Assembly (NCBI GenBank): GCA_965202585.1
Contig: OZ241828.1
Span: forward strand, 4,464,001 to 4,528,000
Direction: 5' to 3'
Length of the DNA stretch: 64,000 nucleotides
From: Thalia democratica
Lineage: Eukaryota
The notes under the pieces: generated by a model
Database searches by the model: none
Told to the model about the DNA's origin: nothing
Seen by the model: only the letters and a program-made list of their open reading frames with translations
Shown here: positions 12,981 to 27,596 of the stretch, piece after piece
Layout of the letters: the number at the start of each line of letters is the position of its first letter
Numbering within the stretch: position 1 is the first letter of the stretch
Position numbers and translations under genes: made by a program

Positions 12981-15900
12981 TATTCATTGTTTGGAACAAA
13001 TAAACTGTAGCAAAGTTAAATTAATGATATTAAATGTCATTGTTGGCCATAAGGTTATAAAAAGTTTTTTTTAGCATTTGCTTTTAGTTACTTCACAAAA
13101 GATAATTGCATTACAATTTATAAGAAAAAAAAAATTCTATTATTTATCCTTACATTTTATTATTAACAAAACAGTGTTTCACTCCTATATTGGCATAGAG
13201 GAGATCATCAGTTGTAACATAAATCTAAAAAATATATTTTAAAAAAATAACTGGAATTTGTGTGAAAATATTAAATATAACAAAATGAAAAACAAAGTAT
13301 TGAACTAACTTTTCTTACAAATACAGTCTTACTTAGCCCGGTTTTTTTCTTGCGAAAGATAGTATAGTTTCAGTATTACTGTAAAACCTCTGAATACATT
13401 ATATCTAAAGTTTTTTTAATAAGTATGAATATTTTTTATTTTTTTATTTTGTTTTATCATAATGATACTATAAGTATACTGCTCGATACTTTCAAGCTTT
13501 TGCTTTCTCTTTTCTTTTTTAAACTTTAAAGTTGTTTCAAAGGAAGTAGTTTGTTGTAACTCATGCAGAGTCACACGCACTTAGTATAACTTAAAACAGT
13601 ATAAATCCTTTTAAATTCATAGGATAGTTTGAAAAATGTATTCAATGTTTATTTTTTCATTGAATGAAATTTCATTGTTGTAGTTTCAATTTTATGTTCT
13701 TTTTTTGTCGAAATTCCACTTTTATTAGATAACTTCATTTTTTTACAGTTCAGTTATTTTAAGCATTTATACATGATTTTTTTACAAATACTAAAAGGCT
13801 CAGGATAGTTTTTAGACTCAAAGAGTAACAACCCTGCTCATACTTGTTACTCAGGCTGATTTTGTTTTAGTTTTAAAAAAAGCAAACTTAGCAATTATCA
13901 AAAAACTGCCAACTAGGAATTTCAGTTCTTTTATTTATAAAATTTATAATGGTGATTAAAAATTTGTGATTTATAAATATTATACTTTATGTTGAACAAA
14001 CATTCCTGAAATAGACTAAAAAAGTTTGTTTTTAGTTTTATCATCAGCAATGAAAGTTTTAATATTTGTGAAATATTAATTTAGTTTTTCTATTTTAGTT
14101 AGACTTTTTTAAAAAAGTAGTTTAACTTTTTAAACTTTTCTAAATATTTTACAGTTTTCAATTGTTTGACTTTACTTGAGCTTTAAAGAAAATAAGATAT
14201 GATATCTCTTTTAGCTTTTTTATTATGTATTTGCAAAAATAAAGATAGTTTAAAGGTTTTTTTGATAATCTTATCAAAATTTAAACAAGTTAGGATTTTC
14301 AAAAATATTGATGTTTTTTTAGAAATTTTTTTTTGAATTTCAGGCTAGTTTTAATTTCAATTAACTACCCTATTTGCCTTAAAATTAATGTTTCAAATTT
14401 TCTGTTTGTTAGACTTTGATATTTAAGGTAATTAACAAGTTTGCCACAAATTCAGAATAATCCTGGATATTTTGAAACTTTTGATAATCTCAGTATAACA
14501 CAGGTAAACTCAGAAAATCTAAAATTTGTTTTCTAAACCCAAGCTGGCTCAAGATTGTTTTTTTTTATCTCAATTTAGTTTTAAGATTTCAGGTCAGCTG
14601 TTTTTTATCTTTTAAATGAGATATAGTTAATTTAGTTTCTTTTATGTATAAAAGTTATTTGTATGATAATTTTTTATCACTAAATGCAATATACAATAAA
14701 TCATTATAGAATAAACAAAAAATTATATTAAATTATTAATTTTCTTATTAGCTGTATGTAAGTATGTAATATAACTCTTTTAAAACAGTTTATAAAGTTT
14801 TTAGTTTTTATGTTAAAAGCCGATTCAATATTTTTAAAGCCTTTAAATAAGAAAGCAAAAATAAAAAACAAAAATAATCAGAATGATAAAATTAAATCTA
14901 ATCAAAAGATACAAAATAAAAAACTGTTTTAAATTTAATATAATGTTAATATAATCATATCGACAGTTATTTTCTTATTTAGACCAATAGTTAGATCTTG
15001 GGGCAAATATCCGATATCAGAATATAAAAGAGTAGTAAATGTTTTAAAAAGTTTGCAGAACGCTTAATTAATAACTTTAATTGTACAAGGTGATATAACT
15101 TGAAAAGATTTAATATTATTCAATTTTTTTTTTACATATTTGATTAAATTAAACTTGAGGCTACATATTTGTTTTTTAAAGAAAACCTAAATTGTGTTTT
15201 TTTAATTTAAAATCAACTTCAGTTTGATACAATGAATTGTATGGTGGTGTTTTTTAACTTATGTTATACACAGCATAGTAAAACCTTTATCCATTCAACA
15301 CTTAAATTCAATGCTTGTGTTAAGGTTGTTAGCTAAATGCATTTACAAAAAACTAGTTTACTAATAAAGTGAAAAAACTTATGCTATTTCTACAAAACTT
15401 GTCACCCCTTTTCATTAGCAAAAGTTAGTATTTTTAATATTGATAAAAGAAAAATATGGATGATAAGAAAATTGTAGTTTGTAAGTATTATAAAACTTGT
15501 AACTATTTTTACACACTATAGTTTATATAAAAAAATAAAATTTTTTAAAATTATTACTACTTTATAAAGCTCTTTTTTTTAATACTTCTGAAACATTCTT
15601 CTACGTTTATTATTTGCAAATTAAAAAAATCATATAAATAAACATTAATATAAATTTAAATAGTATTTGTCTAGCAATTAGCAAACAAATTATTTGTCCA
15701 CATTAAAAAAAAACGTCACTTTAAGACTTAAGCGCTTGCTAGTTAGTTTTGCATGTCATTTTATTTACTTAAATTCATTTTCATTTATAAGTACAAAACG
15801 TTATTAGTCCTACTCAAATAGCTTAACATAACACCTGCTCTAAACTATAAAAACGAAATACTAGCATTTACTTAGTTCAAACCATATATTGATTACATCA

Positions 15901-16142
15901 TAATGATATAAGCAATATTATTCAACAATTTTCGATGTACCTTTTAATTAGTTCGATTTAACTTCAGTAGTCTAGTAGTATATTAAGTTATAAATTTTAT
16001 TTAAATCCCTTTGTGTATGGTAATATGTAATTTATTTAGTTTATTCACTTTAAACTGATTATGTATTGAAATCTAGTAGTTTTATGTTCAATACCCAAGT
16101 TAAAGTTTTCATTTTTAAGGTTCAAAACTTTTTATTTAATTT

Positions 16143-16200
16143 TCCGGGACAAGATGTTAAAAGGTTTCCGTGGTGTGCGACTCGATAACCGAAAGGTTCT
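16143..16200. repeat. About 55-bp GC-richer dispersed repeat, copy 1 of 3 (possibly SINE-derived)
   Basis: ggacaag...aaagg-t-ccg-ggtgtgcgactcgataac-g is shared with 17011-17065 and 39010-39062. Confidence 0.6.
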
Positions 16201-17010
16201 AATATTCATTATAGTATTCAAGTTATTTACTTTGTTTTTTTAATTCTATGCCACAATAGTGTTTTATTCAGAGTATAAACTTTTCTACAAAGTTAAAAGT
16301 TTAAAGATTTCTTTTTTTATTAGATAACAGCTTATTCAGTAAAAGTAGTTTTAAAGTATTAAAAAGTTAAATTTTTTGTGTGTTATAGTTTTAATTTATT
16401 TTATTTTTTTATTCTTCAAGCTGGTAATGTTTTATTCAAGTTAAAAGTTATCCATCCAGTATAAGTAAGTTTAAATTAAAAGACTCAAAGGTATCTCTGT
16501 ACATTATAGTGTGTAAGAAAATTGTTTTACACCTTAATATTTGAATCACTAATGTTTTTTTTTTAATAAAACAATCTCACACACAGTTTTTAAATTGCCT
16601 AACCCATAATGTTTATTTAGTATTTTATTCAAGTTATTGATTATTTTTCTAACTAAAATAAATAAGAATTTTTAATTTACTTGTTTTGTTTTGCATTATA
16701 GTATCTTATATGTTTTCGTTTAACTTTAATATTTAGATTTAGTTTACAACTGAAGGTCAGTTAAAGGGTGAAACTTAGTTTTGTAAATAAAAATTTTGAA
16801 CAAGTAGTTTTTTGATTTATTTCCTTAATTTAAATAAGTGAATACTATTTTTGTTCAGTTTAGAACTTAAAATATAAGTTTAGTTGAATGTTGTTGAATA
16901 AGATTTAAGTAAAATCTTTTAAATAATAATGACTCATTTAATTCTTTTGATATAGTGTAAAAACTATAACGTTTGTTATAGTTATTTGATAATGATTCCA
17001 AATTCTTCCG

Positions 17011-17065
17011 GTCGTGGACAAGACGTTGAAAATCTTCAGTTTTCGACTCAATAACCGAAAAGTAT
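17011..17065. repeat. About 55-bp dispersed repeat, copy 2 of 3
   Basis: ggacaagacgtt ... cgactcaataaccgaaa; more diverged than the other two copies. Confidence 0.55.
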
Positions 17066-17714
17066 TCCGTGAACCAGGTCCTAGGACTAAATATATTTAG
17101 CGTTTTTAAAGAAACAAAATTAAATAATATATCACAAAAGAAAATATATCTTTATTAATATTTTCAATGATAATATTTGTTAGCAAAATTATTTCTAGCA
17201 AAGTACATTACAATGACAATTGTTAAACTTTCAACACATTTATTCACTGTATAAAAGATTAAAGCAAATGTAAACATTTAACTAAAAAACGAAAATAAAG
17301 TTTTTAGATCCACTGCATAATCTTATAAACAACGACTAATTTATGTTAAAAAAGAGAATTGAAAATATTATTTTATACGAATTAAACATTTGTTTTGAAT
17401 ATTGCCAAGCAAGACTTATAGTAACAATATTAAAATACAAAATAATACTACAGGAACAATAACAATTGTTACAAAATATTTTATATTGTCAAATAAAGTT
17501 TTAAATTAATATCTAAACTTAGTATCAAATAAAGAATAATATTTAAATTTGTTTAAAATGTCATTACAACATCACCAAAGTTATTTTAAAAATTTGAATT
17601 AACTTTTTATAGACATATAAACATTTTATTTTGGAGCTTAACATAACTAAAAAACAAGTTGTATTCGTAAACTTCTAAAACAAAAGTTTAATTTAAAAAT
17701 TTTATAAAAAAGTT

Positions 17715-18332
17715 TCATTTTTGATGAAGGTGCAAATGTTTATTCCTAGTTGAAAGCTGAGTAAATCTTTTTCCACAAACATCACATCCAAAAGGTCTAT
17801 CTCCAGTATGAATTCTGATGTGTTTGTTTAAATGGACCTTTTGAGAAAACTTCTTTTTGCAAATATCACATTCATGAGGCTTTACCTTAGTGTGAGTCAA
17901 CATATGTTGTTTTAGATTACCTTTTAGATTAAATTTTTTTTGACAAACTTCACAACAAAAATCTTTCTTACCACTATGTATCAACATGTGCGTTGTCAAG
18001 TTAGACTTTTGAGTAAAACATTTGTCACACTGTTCACATTTAAAAGGTTTATCATCAGTATGAACTACTGCATGGGTTTTCAAATGACTTCTTCGTGCAA
18101 AACATCTTTTACAAACATCACATTGATAAATCTTCAAACCAGAATGAGTAAGCTGATGTCTTGTCAAACTATTTTTCTGTGTAAAACTTTGTTCACAAGT
18201 ATCACATTTGTAGGGTTTTTCTCCTGAATGAATTCTTTTATGGGTAATTACTGCTGAAAAACACTTGAAAAATTTCCCACATGTATCACAGACATGCTGT
18301 TTTTTAACATTTAATGACTAATTAGTATTCAT
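17715..18332 (-). pseudogene. C2H2 zinc-finger gene, 7 fingers, single in-frame TAG at codon 5 (ZF locus 3)
   Basis: ATG AAT ACT AAT TAG, then open to the stop at 17715 with 7 intact fingers. The TAG is at 18318-18320. It could be functional if a different 5' end is used. Confidence 0.7.
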
Positions 18333-21300
18333 ACCTCAAATTCCAAAAGCACCTAATAAAAATATACTACTATTACTTGAAAGAAAATTAATCCAAAACA
18401 TTACTTATTTTATTTCGTTACTACCTAAATATAAATTTTAGTTTACTAGGTTATAAAAATATAATTTAATTTAAAAAAAAAAGAAATGACATTTTGTGTA
18501 GTTTAATTATCAATTACATTTCTTGTAGCTAATAAACGAATAAAAAATAATAACTTTATCAGAAAAAAACGCTGCAAGTTATATCAACAAAACTATAATT
18601 AATTGTTTATTTTGGTAATGTTTGTTTAAGTTTTAATGTTAACACTAATAACTAATTTGCTTTAATTGTTATTAATATGGCTTTATTCTTTTCGATTATT
18701 TAATTACTTAATCTTTATAATTTGAAGAGAGATTCGTAAGAAGAAAGTAATCAACATTAATAATAAAAGATAATTGGTCACGTAGTGCTAGAAAAAAAAC
18801 TTCTTCAATTATAATACTGACTAAAGATTAATCAATAGCTGTTTATTTGAATAACCAGTCAAGAACAATATAAAAAGTAAAAAATAAACTATTTGGGTAA
18901 CTATTTACCAAACAGTTTACATTTAACCTACTTTATTTAACAACATAGAAAATCAACGACTCGAAGTTAATTTTTTTACCTAACTTTTTTTTAAAATATA
19001 AGTCAATAATTTGTTTGCTTTAGAAAATTTCATATAAATATTTTGTTCTCGCTTAAAATATATGTTAAAAAGTTGTGTACTGTGTAATTTCTAAATTTTA
19101 GATTACAGTAACATGTACAGTTTTATGTTTATATATATTGAACGTCTTCTAATTAAGCTTAATACTGTAGATCAAGTTAAAAAAAATTACAAAACACATT
19201 TATAATAAAGTATAGAATTGTAAAACTTTAGTCTTTAAACTAATTAGATACCAAATTATAATATTTGGAAGAATTGAAATCTAGTCTACAAAACTTTAAA
19301 CAAAAAATACTTTACTGCTTTTATTTGTGCCTTCCGTTATTCATAGATTGCAACTTATTAGTACAGTCTACAGGTTGAAAAAAAAAAAATCTACTAAGTA
19401 AATAATGTGTTAGCAGTTTAGATCAATAACAAGTAAATGATTATTTATAGTACTCAGATAAACATTGTCTATTGTAATCTTACTATCTTTTTTTACCTTT
19501 AATATTAAAAAAAACTATACTTCTTATTATACAAAACTTTAATCAAATAAAAACTATGTTGGTACTATTCGTGTTCTACTTATCACTACCTGTTTTATTG
19601 TACTATCGTTATAGTGATTTTCAAAAACGGAACTCATGATATTTTTAATTTACGTTGTGCTATAGTTTAATGAGCTCTAGTAACAAGTTATTCCAAAACA
19701 TTTTGTATAAAAAATTGTATGTGATTAAGATACGGCTGAGACAGATAAAACCTCTAGCTAAACTTTTTGAATATAGTAAGGTCAAATGGGACAATTTGAA
19801 AATAAACATGCTTATCAGTTAATCTCAATGGAAAAGAAACGGAAACTTTTTCAAATTATATTTTCATTTTGTTTTTCACTAGGTAGATTAACAAATTTTA
19901 AAATAGTAATCATAAACTATTATAATAAAGAAAACTTTCAGGTTATTATAAAAGCAGTTAGTATAAGTCACAATTTTACACAACATCAACTACAATTACA
20001 AATTTACCAAAAAATAGTTTATACCAAATAATTTATAAAATTAGATTACTTATATTAATTACAAATTCAGAACTAGCAATTTTTGAGTTTCTTTATATGT
20101 CTTTTTTTTTCTAGAATTTTTAATTTTTCTAGAAATATAGGTGTTATTACTTTGAATCTTAATAAGCACTATAACATACAAACTGTAAATTTTTAAAACG
20201 ACTCATACAAATAGTTATATTGTCAGTTCTATAGTTAAGTTTAATTTTTGATGTTAACGTAAATATCTGTTCTTATGAGATCTGTCAACAAATCTTCTTT
20301 CAAAAACATCACACGCAAAAGATAAGACAATTATAAATTCAAGTTCAAGTTCATAAAAGATGTTGAAAGGACTAATATTTATTTTTAAAACTAAAATATA
20401 CTTGAAAAGTATAAAAACATTGGTTGTAGGCTAATTGATAAGATTATGTAGCAAAAAAATATACAATAATTTATAATAAGATTATTTAAGAAATATATCA
20501 AAAATTTAAATTTGAACTTATTTTAACAATATATTTAAGTCAAATATTTTATATGTTTTACAAAATTTTCCGTTAATAAATAATTGATTAAAATTGCATA
20601 AAAATAGGTTTTTTAGAAAAAAAATTTATTAAAAAGTATATTTAAAAGCAATAAAACTTGTAGAAATTGAATTTTCGTGTTAATGTGTGGCCATCTTTTT
20701 TGTAAAACTTTGCACGAAAAAAAATCGAAATATGTTTTTTTACAAGTAAATTTTGTTGAAACTTTTGAATAATTTTTTTTTAATATTTTTCAATGTTCAC
20801 TGTTCAGTACATACTTATAAAGAAGTAAATTTATAAACTAACCGTTTTAAGACTTTTAAAAATAGTCATACTTCGTACAGATTGTATTGATATATGAATT
20901 AAAATATATTAAGATAATACTAAAATTCATTGCAGTTCATTTAAACAATCTAAAAAAGTGCAATCAAATTAGTAAATTTAGTAGTGGCATACTTCTGTGC
21001 ATAAGTTTATATAAAACAAACATTACCACTGGTCTAAATTTACTATCTTTAGACTTTCTATAGACAAAAATTGCTTGTAATGTTTTTTTTTTTTAGTCAT
21101 TAAACAACTTATTAAAAAGTTAATCTAATTAAAAGTTAATTAAATTTGTATGAAATAAATAATAAGGTTGGTGTTCAGTCTTAAAAAAATGTTCTAGTAC
21201 TAACGAAAAAATACGAAGTATAGATTGATTTTAAATTTTAGAAAATCAAACTATGAAAAATACAAATTACATACTAGATATAGCGTTTCAAGTTTTATTT

Positions 21301-22577
21301 TAGTAATAATTTGTTATATATGATGATATAAAACATTATTTAGTCTAGTAGCACACTAGTCATAGAAAATCAAAAAAAAATTGTCTAAAAGAAGTCCTAA
21401 CCTCAAACTTGTGTTGTATAAAATGAGATGATAACATTAAAACTTCTGCTCCTAAATTCATAAAAAAGACTTAAAATTTTTATACGAACTATAGTAAATA
21501 AATAAATTTAAACGACTTTAAAGCTAGTTATATTTCAACTTAATCGCTCGTTTTTTCAAAAGTTTAAAAGGTTTTATACGAATTAAAGAAAATGTATAAA
21601 TCTAAACAATTATCAAACTAAAGTTTGTTTTTAAGTTTATCATTCGGTACTTAAAACTTGTTTATTGTAATATTAGTTAGATTGTTTAATTTTATTCATT
21701 GTTTTTGTAAAAATATATGATTGATCCTAAAATTTAGAAATAAAGTAATTACCAAGTATTCATAACAAAAATTAAACAGTTTAATTATTAATGTAACTTA
21801 ACTAACCCTAAAAAAAAAAACAAGTTTTTTTTTTAGTTTTTAAAATTATAGTACTTAAAAAAACATTTCAGTGCCTACACACAAATCTTCAAAAAATAAA
21901 TTCTTTTTATAAGATTTGTAGCAAATTTTTAAACGACAAATTTAATTTCTATTTTATTTACTGCAAAAACTAAATTAAAAGCTTACTAAAAGAAGTTTAA
22001 GTTCAAAACGACTGAAACTAGTTTTTTGTGTCTTTAACCAACGCAATTAAAAGTTTAAACATCATTCTAAGACTAACTATTATGCTTACTTATTCTGTTT
22101 ACTTAAATTTTCGGTTTTTTTACTGAAAGATCAATAAATTAATAGAATTTACTGTAGTTGGTTTCAATTCAAAAACGACAGAAATTATTTCTTAACCATA
22201 CCATAAATTAGAAATAAATGATATCACATTAAAATAATTTTTTGCAAGCTGTAATAGACCAATATTAACATACGTTCATATAAAAAAATTGAGGCAAAAT
22301 ATTAAAATTTCAAAAATTGTTGTAAAATGAAAAATAAAGATTTATACTCAGAAAACACCCTACATGAACTAAATAACTATTAACATTCATTTTACTCTGA
22401 TATATAAAAAAAGTTACTACTTATAAAACAATACCATACTAACTTACATCGATTAAGTTTATATTTCTGTAAACAAAACTTTTCTTTGGAATTTTAAAGC
22501 TATAAAATATAATATTTACGATATTTCGTTTGTTTCTCAACCTCTAGTACACACTGTTGAACATTCCATAACATAAT

Positions 22578-23206
22578 TTATTTTTGATGAGAACGTAAAT
22601 GTATGTTCCTATTTGAGCTACTTGCAAACCTTATATAACAAACATCACATCCAAAAGGTCTATCCACAGTGACAATTCTGATGTGAACGTTTAAACTTGA
22701 TTAATGTGAAAACTTCTTTTCGCATATTTCACATTCATGAGGCTTTTCTTTAGTATGAGTCAACATATGTCGTTTCAAATGATGATGTTGAGTGAATTTC
22801 TTCTCACAAAATTCACACTAAAAGTCCTTTTAACCACTATGTATCAACATGTGTCTTGTCAAGCTTTTTTTCAAAGCAAAATATTTGTCACACTGTTCAC
22901 ATTTAAATGGTTTATGATCAGTATGAACTACTTTGTGCTGTTTAGATAACCTCTTCTTGCAAAACAGCTTTTACAAATATCACATTGATAAATCTTTAAA
23001 TCAGAATGAGTAACTTGATGACTTTTTAAATGACTTTTCTTTTAAAAATTCTTGTCACAATTATCACAATTGTAGGGTTTTTCAACCGTATGAACTATTT
23101 TATTACATTTCAAGCTATATTTTCTCTTAAATATTTTTCCACAGATTTCACAAACATATTGTTTATTCTCACTTAAAAGATTCAAACTTGTATGGCAAGT
23201 AGTCAT
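22578..23206 (-). pseudogene. C2H2 zinc-finger pseudogene, 7-finger remnant (ZF locus 4)
   Basis: Manual translation from MTTCHTSLN to HLRSHQK-stop shows four premature stops (three TAA, one TAG), a 1-nt deletion in finger 3 and loss of zinc ligands in fingers 1 and 6. Confidence 0.92.
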
Positions 23207-24992
23207 GGTTTAAAATTCTGAAAAATTAGATGTAAATAATATGGTCCGGTTGTTTGAAAAGCCTTAAAGAGATGTTAATTTTATAATAAAAATATGACGT
23301 TAACCAATAAATATCATTAATAAGATTAGTTAACAAAAATTAATATCAAACTAACAAGAAATGATTAATAAAATTAAGTTTCTTGTTTAACTTTTGTTGT
23401 TTTCAGAACTTGAATATATATTTTGATAACACAATCTAAGCAAATAAAAAGAATGTATCTAACTTTACTTTATTTTCTAGGTATGATGTGTTATTTTAAT
23501 TTGGGATTTTTCGATGTTAACCTAAAAATATGAGATAAATTAAAAGTATTAACAAAAAGTTAACTTTCTAAATAAAGTATTTTAAGTTAAACATCTTATT
23601 AAATACTATTATCAAAACAATGTGAACACGATAAATATAATTTTTTTTAGATAAGATCAATAATCAGACAACAAAAATTGTACTAATGTTTTTATATATT
23701 AAGTAAATACTGTAAGTGTAAGTTTTTTTTAAAGTACTTGACAGAATCTTTTTTTATTGTGAAATTACAGATCACTAATATCCTATCTAGCAACTAATTA
23801 AATCTAAAATTTCTAGTAACTAATTAAAGAACCTATTCATTAATTAAAACGGCACTGTACTTAAAAAAATAACTTACAAAAAATATATTCTTAGTATTAA
23901 ATGGTTTAAATTTCTTATATATTTAAGCTTTTAAAAATAGTGTTTTTCAACTAGTAAACTTAAAGGTAAAATATTAGTTTTTTTTCTCGTTATTTTATAT
24001 TTTAATTATTAAATCTTAGTTTTTTATTAATTTTCAATATGTTTGAGTAAGGTGGGTTAGGATAACGGTGTAAATGAAATAGATGAATAAAGAGGTTTTA
24101 AAAAATTGCTAACTTAGCAAATATGCAAATCAGACTGACCTTCAAGACTTTTTTGTTCTAAACTATTCGTTATTTATTTCCTATCAAGATTGAAACAAAA
24201 TATTTTAAAACGCTTTTTCTTTTTTAAAACTCAAAAAGTGTCAATTAAAAAAAAGTTTAGTTAAAGGTTATTGTTAAAAAAAAATCTATTATTAAAACTT
24301 AAATTGTATAAAAGTAAATGTAAAAATATAAATAATTGTAAAAAATAAAATAGAACCAGTTTTAAACTGTTGTTTCTAAGATTTTTTTTAACTCTCAATA
24401 TGTTTGTAAAAACGTTGAATTGAAACTTTTATTTTACAAAACATTTGACCTTAAGTCTTTTAGTTAATTTTAGACTTATTAAAATAATACCTTATTCTAT
24501 TTTTGTGAAGTTGAACTTTCAGAAAGTTTTTTAGCTGTAAGGTTTGCTTAAGAATGTTTACTTGTCATAGTTAAAAATACTTCTTTTTGGTTACTATTTC
24601 AAAAAAATAAGCAAGATTGCCCTAATTTTTATAACTTGTAGATAGATCTATATCATAAGTTTTTAAATTTATAAACACAAACAGGTTTTGTTTAAATTTA
24701 AACCACATTTTTACAAAACAAAAATAACACTTAGAAGTAGATTTTGAAATAAATTTAATTTGAAAAAATCTAGTTATTAATCTTTTTTGAAAGCTTTAGG
24801 AAAAACTCAAAATAGTTGGATAAAAGCGTATACTTTGATTCTAAGTGTAAACAAAAGTTCTTAAAACATGTTTTTTGGTCAAAGCTTTTTTATGAGAAAT
24901 TTCTAAATATAAATCATAAAAAATTAAAATATGTATAAACTTTTAAAATCTCAATCAAAATCAAATATGACAAATAAGTAATTTACATAATG

Positions 24993-25835
24993 CAGGGGCG
25001 TGTCTAGACTTTTTAAAGTGGGGTAGCACACTTACTTTGTGAAAAAACAAAGTATTTTCTGTAGCCTCCAATAAACACTTATGAAATTTTCATGAATGTT
25101 TGTTATATAACTGTTTAAAATTTTCTTAGCTATATACTTTATTTTAAATACTATTCAAACAGAATGAAAAATCCTGATAAGTAATACAGTTTTCTAAATT
25201 TTAGTAAAACAATTGAAAAATACACCTAGGTAATTTATTATTGACTTTTTGAAAGGCTTGCCTTATATTATGAAGCTAACATGAACAGCGAAAACATTTA
25301 TAAATAGTTTTGTTTTTTATATTTTATTACACAAAGCTTTTCAAAACCATACAAGATTTTATTATCAAGTGATAAATTTTAAATGAAAATTTTTAAAAAA
25401 TTTTGTTAAGTGAATAGCTTAAAAAATAACTTTAAATTATGACGTATGAATAAATTAAAATAAATATAAAAATTAGAGATTCAGTAATTAAAAACTAAAG
25501 GTATGTTTATTAATAGATTGTTAATAATTTTGTTTTACCGTGAAATGCTACTTTCGTATTAAGTTAGGTCGCTCTTCCTCAATCAATTTTGATTCCAGGC
25601 TGTAGAGTTCGCTTTTCTTACATCGTTTTAAAACTTTAAAATTTTGAACAATATCAGAGTTTTGACAGGATGTGCAATTAAATAGATGTTCAAATATTGA
25701 TCTGTTTTTATCTGTTCCGTAAAATATAGTTATACTTAAGTATGTTAAGTCTGCGGTTATATAATGCTATAAATGGACAACTTATGCTTTTTTTAGGGAT
25801 GCATAGGATGCAAGAATATATTCCTAACACGCCCT
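24993..25835. mobile_element. Possible non-autonomous DNA transposon relic
   Basis: caggggcgtgt at 24993-25003 and acacgccct at 25827-25835 form a short imperfect inverted pair in AT-rich DNA. No clear target duplication. Confidence 0.3.
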
Positions 25836-26510
25836 AATATTAAGTTCTAATCAGATAATTATCTAGTTAAACTAATAAAGTATTAAAAACACTGAAAATA
25901 TTGAATATTCCTAATATTATTGAAATGTATGAAGAAATAAACTTTGGATTAAAAAATTTCTAAATAGCTTTTGAACAAATCATTTCTTTTAGTGTACACT
26001 TTAAAGAGTAAACACTACTATTACATTTCGTTTTCAATTTTTTTTTAAAACATAAAAAATTATATTTTATAAAATACGTTTTTACAATTAATAATAAAAA
26101 AACGTAATTTAAATTGTTAAGACTTGTTTTGCTTAAAAGAAAAATATTAACTTCAAACAGACAAAACTATTACTTAACTTAATAAATGACATCTGCATTT
26201 CGAGTAATTTATACATTCAATTTATTTCATTGTTAATTTTAGTTTAAAGCGTTAGTTTTCATATTTTTACATAAGAAAACATAACACTAAATAAATAGTC
26301 ACCTTGGAAAAAAAATTATATAAAACAATTAAATCTTTCTTTTTCTACACATCAGTAATTGATCCAATAAAGTATAGTATTTTCAACAGCAGTTAAACAA
26401 AAAACTTTAACAAAGTCTCATATACAGTAATAATAATAAATAATAGTAAGTATGTTTCTTCATTTAGTCAACAAATCTCTAAAACAAGTATGTTAAATTC
26501 ATGATCAGTT

Positions 26511-27212
26511 TTATTTTTGATGAAAACGTAAATGTTTGTTCCTATTTGAACTACTTGCGAATCTTTTATCACAAACATCACATACAAATGGTCTATCTCC
26601 TGTATGAAGTCTGATGTGACAAACTAAAGTTGATTTTTGCGCAAATCTTCTACCACAAACATCACATCCAAATGGTCTATCATCATTGTGAATTCTGATG
26701 TGATTGTTTAAACTTGATTTATGTGAAAACTTCTTCTTGCATGTATCACATTGATTAGGCTTTTCTTTAGTATGAGTCAACATGTGGCGTTTTAATGCAT
26801 TTTTTTGAGCAAACCTTTTTTCACAAACTTCACATTGAAAATCTTTTTTACCGCTATGTATCAACATATGTCTTGTCAAGTTACTTTTTCTGTTAAAATA
26901 TTTGTCACACTGTCCACATTTAAATGGTTTATCATCAGTATGAACTACTGCATGTTGTTTTAAATGACCTCATCTTGCAAAGCATCTTTTACAAACATCA
27001 CATTGATAAATCTTCAAACCTGAATGAGTGAGCTCATGTTGTTTCAAATTACCTTTTTTCGTAAACCTCCTATCACAATCATCACATTTCGAAGGTTTTT
27101 CACTAGTATGAATTCTTTTGTGGTTAGTCAGTTTTGAATTAAACTTAAAACATTTTCCACAAATTTCACAAAAATATTGCTTTTTTTCATTTGAAGTCTG
27201 AGTAGTAATCAT
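26511..27212 (-). pseudogene. C2H2 zinc-finger gene, 8 fingers, single in-frame TGA in finger 3 (ZF locus 5)
   Basis: ORFs 26970..27233 and 26511..26879 are in the same frame, separated only by TGA at 26970-26972 (FAR-stop-GHLKQH). The [11 protein letters not shown] start at 27212 is shared with locus 13. Confidence 0.85.
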
Positions 27213-27596
27213 GCTTAAAAATACAAAATGCATTGTTTATTGATAAACCCATGAATTAATAAAAAACTTTATGTTTAGTTACATATATTTTATTCAGTAT
27301 CGGACCTTGGTAAAACTTTTTAATATAAAACATTAGTGTTAGAATAGATTTAAGATTAGTCAGTTTTTATAGAATACACAATGTGTGGTTATAAATCAAG
27401 ATAAATACTTATTTTAAGTGTATTTTTTTAGAATTCAATAAAAAGATTGAAATACTACTTTTTATTGTGAAAACTATATCAATAGAATATATAATTTTTT
27501 TTTCTTTTTGTTGTGTTAAATAAATATTTATAAAGACTAACAGACTATAAATCATAACTAAAATATAAATGAGCTTGCATTAGTTTTTATTTTTGA
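27213..27596. repeat. 5' flank shared with ZF locus 13 (55926-56311)
   Basis: Colinear similarity from aaaatacaaa through tttatg-ttagttaca, aaacatta-tgttagaata and aaatcaagata to cttgcatta-tttttatttt. Confidence 0.8.

Noticed and set aside
14380-14570. Minus-strand stretch GFRKQILDFLSLPV...EFVANL resembling a transposase C-terminus
   Set aside because: The resemblance is too loose and interrupted to support by eye. A translated profile search would be required.
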